From contig CBDBFU010000011.1 of the NCBI GenBank assembly GCA_965205025.1, positions 96,001-160,000 on the forward strand: 64,000 bases of DNA, written 5' to 3'. Below the pieces are notes generated by a model. The model made no database searches. It was not told the origin of the DNA and was given only the letters and a program-made list of their open reading frames with translations. Position numbers and translations under genes: made by a program. Every line of letters begins with the position of its first letter. The first letter of the stretch is position 1. This document shows, in pieces, positions 57,789-64,000 of this stretch. Source of the DNA: Candidatus Poribacteria bacterium (lineage in GTDB: Bacteria; Poribacteria; WGA-4E; WGA-3G).

Positions 57789-58010
57789 TCAAGGTGATTT
57801 ATTTGCCATTGCTTTGTCTGTAAGTTCTTTTAGAAGTTTTTTAGCTGTCACTAAATTTTCTAAAAAACCACACAGTTCTTGAATTTCCGAAAGAATTTCT
57901 TCATAATTTTTCTTATTCTTAGCATCATATTCCAATTCATGAAATTTAGAAGCAAGAAAAGATGATATTGGATCATCTTCTTGATTGCTTTTAACAACTT
58001 TTTCACTCAT
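57789..58010 (-). CDS. Hypothetical small protein
   Basis: MSEKVVKS start after GAAGGGG; helical composition. Confidence 0.45.
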   Translation of the reverse strand: MSEKVVKSNQEDDPISSFLASKFHELEYDAKNKKNYEEILSEIQELCGFLENLVTAKKLLKELTDKAMANKSP

Positions 58011-58071
58011 TAGATTCCCCTTCATTCGTGTAAAGCAGACAAACATAAATCTACCCGCTTTTAATTATGTT

Positions 58072-58930
58072 TTACTTCAGTATAATCATTTTTCGTATTG
58101 CACTGAAGTTACTTGCTTCTAACCTATAAAAATAGACACCGCTGGATACCTTCTCCCCACCGTGTTTTTTCCATCCCAATAAGCTGCACGATCACGAGTT
58201 AGATAATATCCTGGAGCCCGTTGCCCAATATCCAATTTCCTAACAACATTTCCATTAGCTGCATAAATTGTAAGGACTACATCGGCAGTTTCTGAAAGTT
58301 GATAAGGTATCCATGTTTCAGGATTGAACGGATTTGGATAGTTATTCAACAGTAACGTTTCCATTGGAGCATCAATGCCAAATAACCGATTAAGTGTTGC
58401 TATACCCTTATTAACCACATTTGTGGGCAGAGTCTTGTAGGCTTGTTGATACTCAAAACCCTTATTTGAAATAGAAGGTGCACCTTCTACTTCGGGCATA
58501 TCTTCTGTAACCAAAACAATGTCTTTGACATCAACAACACCATCACGATTTACGTCTGGATTAGGAAATAGATCACCCGTTATCTTTTCACCATATCTTA
58601 CTGCAACAAGCACCAAATCAACAATGTTAACGACACCGTCATCATTGACATCTGTATCCTTTAGACTCACTTCATAAAAAAGTTTGGAATTTGCCAAAAC
58701 GAAATGATCACAACCCCGACCACGTATAGCCTCTGATACAGATATAGAGAATTTCTGCGTTTCAGCAGGAATGTCAACAGATAACATATACTTATTATCT
58801 TCATCTTCTACTTTTCCAAGCAATACACCTGAATTATAGATTTCAGCATCATCTGCATATAAAGAAAGTTCCACTGAAGCAACCTCAGTATCACCCTCAT
58901 AATCAGCACAAGAATTAGGTAGATAAAAGA
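58072..58930 (-). pseudogene. Truncated secreted protein: NPCBM-like fragment, dockerin-like repeats and FlgD-Ig/T9SS-like C-terminal domain
   Basis: Two DVNxDGVV repeats, NYPNPFNPETWIPY, AYWDGKN; adding one G at 58156-58159 restores GEKVSSGVYFYRL...RKMIILK*; no signal peptide. Confidence 0.75.
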
Positions 58931-59074
58931 TCGCAATAAGTAGTTTCGGACTTGCAATGTTTATTAGGACGTTTGTTTATGTGACTCCTTAAAACATCTT
59001 TTTCTTAAGATAGAATTTTGGGCGTGATTAGGTTTTAAGTTTAGTTAAATTATAAATGGTGGTATTGTTTTTCT

Positions 59075-59566
59075 TTAACAACTTACTATTGTTGCTATTA
59101 TTCCAGCAATTCCAAATATTACAGTAACAGCAATCGGATTTAACATTATTTTTTTTGCTTTTAATCTTGCTTTTAACACATAATGTCGTATAGGAATTAT
59201 AGGTTTAAATGCATCATACTGTATTCTTTCTATTTCACCCGCATTCCAGTTGTTTAATATTCGATAACCATCCTCTTGCATTCCACGCCCATAAGAAGAA
59301 AATTCAACTAGATCTCCAACATAAATTTTATTAAGTACAATAGGTTCTTCTACATTCAATAAATCAACATCTAAACTACATTTCTCAAAATTACTTGGTG
59401 GAATTGCTATTTTACATGAATAAACTCTTATGCGTATAATCTCATTAACATTAATAGACATTTCCCCTTTATGATTAAACCCATTAATTTCAAGAAATTT
59501 TGAAATTTCTTTTAAATCCACTGTTGTTTTTATTACCTTGCCTGTATATACTCTCATTTGTGGCAT
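59075..59566 (-). CDS. Hypothetical protein with C-terminal TM anchor
   Basis: 163-aa ORF ending PIAVTVIFGIAGIIATIVSC; GGAG RBS. Confidence 0.6.
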   Translation of the reverse strand: MPQMRVYTGKVIKTTVDLKEISKFLEINGFNHKGEMSINVNEIIRIRVYSCKIAIPPSNFEKCSLDVDLLNVEEPIVLNKIYVGDLVEFSSYGRGMQEDGYRILNNWNAGEIERIQYDAFKPIIPIRHYVLKARLKAKKIMLNPIAVTVIFGIAGIIATIVSC

Positions 59567-59770
59567 ATTGTAACTATTGCTCCAGAATTACACTATATAT
59601 ACTTTCGGAATTAATAGATTTGGACTTGGTAGTTTTATTTTTTCAGATTTCTCACGTCACACCATCGGTGAGAAACTTCTCAAAAATGTTGGTTTCTCGG
59701 TAGTTATACTTGTAGCATACTTCTGCGAGATATAATACCATTTTTAATTGACAAATTACCATAATATATT

Positions 59771-59848
59771 GTAGGTCGGGTTGAGGAACGAAACCCGACA
59801 GGACACTATAAAAAGTCGGGTTTCGCTACCGCTTCTACCCGATAGACG
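59771..59848. repeat. Inverted REP pair (REPIN-like)
   Basis: GTAGGTCGGGTTGAGGAACGAAACCCGAC ... GTCGGGTTTCGCTACCGCTTCTACCCGA. Confidence 0.75.
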
Positions 59849-59916
59849 AATTAATATAATAATATCATATAGAAATGGCATAAGGACGTGTATCCTGTTG
59901 AATAATTCTGAATAAT

Positions 59917-61215
59917 TCATTTAGTAGAGGATAACAAATTACATTGACCTTTGAAGTATGGACATTTATCTATAATATCATCAATTTCTTGTACTGTGAA
60001 CCCAATCAATTTAAGAAATTGGAGTCGAAAAAGTACATTCATTTTAATACAAAGAAAATTTAATAGCTGCCCTTTAGCAGATTCTTGCTCTAATTCTGGA
60101 TTAAGATGTGTGCGATAGTTACGTGTTTTAACAATCTTGTCAATCATCCCTGGTCTTCTGTCTCCACACATATATTTTTCAAATGGATCGGTCAATTGCT
60201 CTATCCTATCTCTTAGTGGCATTTTATTACCTGTTAGGCTATGGAATGCTTCTAAGCCTTGTATCAAAGTTAGAAAATGCATATTCAATGATGGTACCGT
60301 ACCAGTTTTTGTACGGAAGTATAATTCTAAGGCAGGTGATATCTCATCGTAATTTTCTATCCATAGATTTATCATACTTTCAAAACGCTGTTGGTAGTCT
60401 GTAAACTTAAACAACATATCAAGCTGATTGATATCGGGTTCATTTTCAGCATAAGGCCAAGTTGGATTATAAACCCCAACAGTTATCGGATAAGTGCGTC
60501 CATCTCCAAAATCTTGTTGTAGACTTTCAGATGTAGTTGACATGTTATCTATAGACACTATTTCATTCATAACAAAACACAGAAATCCTGCAATCATATT
60601 TGCCACAGATATGAATTCGTCTAACCCACAACTATCCTCTGAAACCAATTTGAAGTAAGTATTTTCGATCACTTCTGCATTCCTAACTATTGGAAGTATA
60701 GGAGGAGTGTATGCAAAAGTTATATACAACTGCATTCCATTTCTAAGTTCGAAATCTAAATTTGATGGTCTTTTATAGGATATTGTCAAAGCATTCTCTA
60801 AATTGTCTTCAACTTTAATACCACTGATTCCCACCCATTCTTCAATTCCTTCTACAGAAAAACTGAAAGTATTAAATTGTAGATTTGGGTTTTCATCATA
60901 AGGAAAACTGGTTAATAACCTGTCTGCTAAAATAACATCACCTCCCATCACTCTACCATGTGTAATATTAGTCCTTTTTTGTTGGCTATAACACCTATCA
61001 ATTAGAATAGGTCCATCCTTTTCAACATGACCAATTATCTGGTTTAAACCTTCAGTTGGTCCAAATATTGATTCCAAATTGGTATCAATCGGTTGCATAA
61101 GGTCAAGTTTTATGGTACCACCATCTGATATTGTAAGGGTACCGTCGATTTCTCTTTCTGGTTTAGAAGGCAACCAAAACCTGCCGGATCTCTTTATCTC
61201 TTCTTTAATTCTCAT
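59917..61215 (-). CDS. ApeA-like HEPN ribonuclease (ApeA N-terminal domain + HEPN)
   Basis: GRFWLP....IDGTLT N-terminus, FLTLIQGLEAFH, RNYRTH (RX4H). Confidence 0.8.
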   Translation of the reverse strand: MRIKEEIKRSGRFWLPSKPEREIDGTLTISDGGTIKLDLMQPIDTNLESIFGPTEGLNQIIGHVEKDGPILIDRCYSQQKRTNITHGRVMGGDVILADRLLTSFPYDENPNLQFNTFSFSVEGIEEWVGISGIKVEDNLENALTISYKRPSNLDFELRNGMQLYITFAYTPPILPIVRNAEVIENTYFKLVSEDSCGLDEFISVANMIAGFLCFVMNEIVSIDNMSTTSESLQQDFGDGRTYPITVGVYNPTWPYAENEPDINQLDMLFKFTDYQQRFESMINLWIENYDEISPALELYFRTKTGTVPSLNMHFLTLIQGLEAFHSLTGNKMPLRDRIEQLTDPFEKYMCGDRRPGMIDKIVKTRNYRTHLNPELEQESAKGQLLNFLCIKMNVLFRLQFLKLIGFTVQEIDDIIDKCPYFKGQCNLLSSTK

Positions 61216-61462
61216 TGGATTTTCCTTACTGTTTTCTTATTTCATATAATCGTTTATGATTGAGTGTATTGTCATAGTATTCAATGAGAATTGTTCAGGA
61301 TTTTCTCACAAGTACTTGACATCTTACAACTAAAATTTCGTAGTTAAATTTGGGTTTTGGAATTTAACCCCTTATGGGTTACAATATGTGTTAACTATCA
61401 AATTACGTTGTCATAACTATTAACATTTCAACTAAATGTATAATAATTAGGAGAAATATAAA

Positions 61463-61846
61463 ATGCAAAGAATTTACACCACAACAACGACTAAAACTGG
61501 GATAAATGGAACGATCTATCGGAAAAAAGGTGAAACTAAGTATATTCGAGTAGGTAAAATTACTGGATGGACTTTACAACTTAAACAAGAAAGAATCCAA
61601 GCAACTTTACAGGGTGGAATTGAAGACTTTTCTGGTCATCAAGACTGGGAAGTGGATGTAGATGGAATTTTCATTGATGATGTTACCAAAATCGGTGAAG
61701 TATATCTAAAATTACACTCCTTTGAGGGTACAAAAGTAACTTATGAAGGAACTGGAATTTTACAGGATTTCTCTCCCACAAATGAACCAGATAAATTCAG
61801 TGGAAAGATAATGGGGAATGGTCGACTTGAAATTTCAGAAACATGA
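61463..61846 (+). CDS. Orphan phage tail-tube (major tail)-like protein
   Basis: VGKITGWTL...E.I.AT..G...G.QDWEVDVDG...YEGTG....FS.....FSG.I.GNG.L pattern; AGGAG RBS. Confidence 0.55.
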   Translation: MQRIYTTTTTKTGINGTIYRKKGETKYIRVGKITGWTLQLKQERIQATLQGGIEDFSGHQDWEVDVDGIFIDDVTKIGEVYLKLHSFEGTKVTYEGTGILQDFSPTNEPDKFSGKIMGNGRLEISET

Positions 61847-61899
61847 TTTTTTCAAAACAGTCATCAATAAGAAATCCAATGGAAGTTGGTAGGATAGCA

Positions 61900-64000
61900 T
61901 TACTCATCAGTTATCTCAGAAGGTAAACCCTCAATTATCTTAGTAGACTCAACACTTACGTAAACAATCCGTTCTATCGCAGTGATAAGGTCCCGAGGAT
62001 TTTCAAACCAACCGTTTGGATCATTGACTATACCACTTTTCTTATCTGTTGTTATTTTATAACGATTGATAAACCATTCCAACGGAGTTCTCCCATTGAC
62101 TACATAACGATGTGCTTCCTCTGGAATTCCTGATATTTGGATATGTTCATTAATGATGAGCACATCTTTCTTGTTTTTATCTTTGTATTTCATTGCCTTT
62201 GTTCCCAGTAGGAAATACTCAGGTTCCTCTTGATACAGTAATTGTTGTTGTTGTTGGGCAGACTCAACTTTGAGATTGGAGTATTTTTCACATGTTTCAT
62301 AATTAAGATGTAGATCTGCAAGTGCTTTACCAGCATCTGCAAAGGCGCGGAAGTCTGGAGCATAAGGGATACGTGGGAGCATCTTTGACAAGTCGTTTGC
62401 GAACTGTTCTTTATAACTTGGAGAGTGTAGGATCCCGTAAACATAGTTGAAGATGTCATTTCTTGTGATTGAGTCGTCGCAGTAGTTTTCTTTGAAGGCG
62501 TGCAATGCTGTATCTGATATGTTGTCAATACGTATTCTTTCGTTTTCCATCGTAATTTGCGATTGGGCAGTTGGTTTGAGATAACGCCATCGAGGGAAGC
62601 ATTGTGCTGCTTCAACAAAATGCAAGTCTGGCATTTTATTAGTTATAAGAGAAGAAAATAACTTGCTACCTCCTCTTCCAGGGAAGCATATCACGCGGTT
62701 TTTACTTGATTTATTTGGAAAAATTAAATCCTGCTGGTATTTGCAATTTGCAAATGTGTAGTCAACATAACCATTTGATTTTACAAATGGTCGGTAAGCC
62801 ACCGTTCTTATATAACTCTCATCAAATTCGGTAGTTCTTCTTCGTCTTAGATTATTCTCAAGTTCCCTATCCCATCTGACATTTGCTGTGTGTCTACGTG
62901 CCACAACGTCCTCTGAGAGTTCAGTATTTTCCTCAAGCTCAGAAAGTGCATTTAGATAATCCTGTGTCATTAATTCGGCATTTGCAGCACAAGCATTCCG
63001 TGAGAAATTATAGATGTAGGCATCTCTACTCGTAGCCAATCCTCTTGAATATAACACGAATATTGCATTATCTGCTTTTCCTGCTTTTGCTTCTTTTGTT
63101 CCAAGTGGGTAGAAATCTGTAAATACATCGCTGCGTTGATTAATCCAATCGTAGTATTGGTTTGGTAGGATAACTTGCCAATCATTGAAACGTTTTACTG
63201 AAGCCGTTTCACTAAGTATTCCTAACTTCTGTTTACGTTTTAAATGTCCCCCAATATCTCTGTAATGAATTCGGTATTCCTCGTGCACAGCATCTGTATT
63301 TTTTACCAGTATCGTGATTGCCACTGGTGATTGTGTAGCATTACCGAAGACACCTTCTCCCTGATATTTTCCTTGTTCTCCGTGTATCCTTGCATCTCCT
63401 AATAAGTTAAGAACATAAATTGAGTTGAACTCTTTTGGTAAACATGCACGGATTCCCGCGTCAACGTTTCCATCTATCCAAGAAGCAGGTGTGACAAAGG
63501 CGACAATTCCATTTTCTTGTTCTTGAAGTCTATCAGTTGCCCACCGGAACGCCATCTTGTATGTGTCATAAAGGCTACTCTTCAAGGTAGCTGTCGTATA
63601 TGCTGCGTAGGTTTCACTAATACGCTTTTCAAGTTCAGGATACTCAACGTTAGGGTTATCATCCGCAGAACTTTTTTGCCATGCTGACCATGGTGGATTG
63701 CCCATAATAACCTCTATCGGAATATTTTGCTGACGTTCAACTCGTTCGTTGTTTTCTACCATCTGTTGTTCTTCAGGAAGAAGGGGTGGGTCTTTCTCTG
63801 CTTTGTATAGATTGAATGTATCTGTTAGAACGATACCGTCAAAAGAAACATGTCTTTCGTTTTCTCCATGCTGTCCTTGATAGGCTTCTTCAATATTAAC
63901 AGATGCAATGTAGTATGCAAGTAAGAGGATTTCGTTTGCGTGGAGTTCCTTCTTATATTTCCTTTCGAGATCTTCAGATTGGAGGAGTCCAGACTGCAGT
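61900..64000 (-). CDS. Type ISP restriction-modification enzyme (methyltransferase + C-terminal specificity domain), 5' part outside the window
   Basis: LHANEILLLAYYIASVNIE, NIVLTDTF-like segment, VIMGNPPW, AFRWATDR, YRPF, YVYGILHS..Y, YVVNGRTPLEW; frame open to the window edge. Confidence 0.92.
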   Translation of the reverse strand, partial: LQSGLLQSEDLERKYKKELHANEILLLAYYIASVNIEEAYQGQHGENERHVSFDGIVLTDTFNLYKAEKDPPLLPEEQQMVENNERVERQQNIPIEVIMGNPPWSAWQKSSADDNPNVEYPELEKRISETYAAYTTATLKSSLYDTYKMAFRWATDRLQEQENGIVAFVTPASWIDGNVDAGIRACLPKEFNSIYVLNLLGDARIHGEQGKYQGEGVFGNATQSPVAITILVKNTDAVHEEYRIHYRDIGGHLKRKQKLGILSETASVKRFNDWQVILPNQYYDWINQRSDVFTDFYPLGTKEAKAGKADNAIFVLYSRGLATSRDAYIYNFSRNACAANAELMTQDYLNALSELEENTELSEDVVARRHTANVRWDRELENNLRRRRTTEFDESYIRTVAYRPFVKSNGYVDYTFANCKYQQDLIFPNKSSKNRVICFPGRGGSKLFSSLITNKMPDLHFVEAAQCFPRWRYLKPTAQSQITMENERIRIDNISDTALHAFKENYCDDSITRNDIFNYVYGILHSPSYKEQFANDLSKMLPRIPYAPDFRAFADAGKALADLHLNYETCEKYSNLKVESAQQQQQLLYQEEPEYFLLGTKAMKYKDKNKKDVLIINEHIQISGIPEEAHRYVVNGRTPLEWFINRYKITTDKKSGIVNDPNGWFENPRDLITAIERIVYVSVESTKIIEGLPSEITDE

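Overview
AT-rich bacterial chromosomal window with the gene repertoire of Candidatus Poribacteria (inferred from four PhyH dioxygenases, LamG proteins ending in GKLxTTWxxxK, DVNxDGVVNIxDLV dockerin-like repeats, a TPR protein and many Gfo/Idh/MocA and enolase-superfamily genes). From left to right it holds: (1) catabolic oxidoreductase genes and a TonB-dependent receptor; (2) a secreted dockerin/cytochrome c/copper type II monooxygenase fusion; (3) a decayed accessory patch at 12-18.7 kb with HsdS, VOC and GIY-YIG-like remnants and a NucS-like nuclease; (4) a sugar-acid catabolic cluster; (5) an ABC-ATPase plus nuclease pair beside a phage primase remnant; (6) a PhyH/PhyH/ThDP-enzyme cluster; (7) a nitrogen-uptake locus where a consensus sigma-54 promoter drives an uncharacterised beta-barrel-like protein and Amt, followed by a second Amt, with no P-II gene and a second barrel paralog nearby; (8) a HelY-GNAT-HEAT/PDZ-trpF run; (9) a defence/phage-relic island at 53-64 kb with Type ISP RM, ApeA-like HEPN, an orphan tail-tube-like gene, a trypsin-like protease and a DUF2280-like gene. 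Intergenic DNA contains nested non-autonomous elements (MITEs inserted into REP hairpins while carrying REPs) and repeated palindrome modules. No rRNA, tRNA or CRISPR array was seen. All family assignments come from motif recognition by eye; no database search was run.
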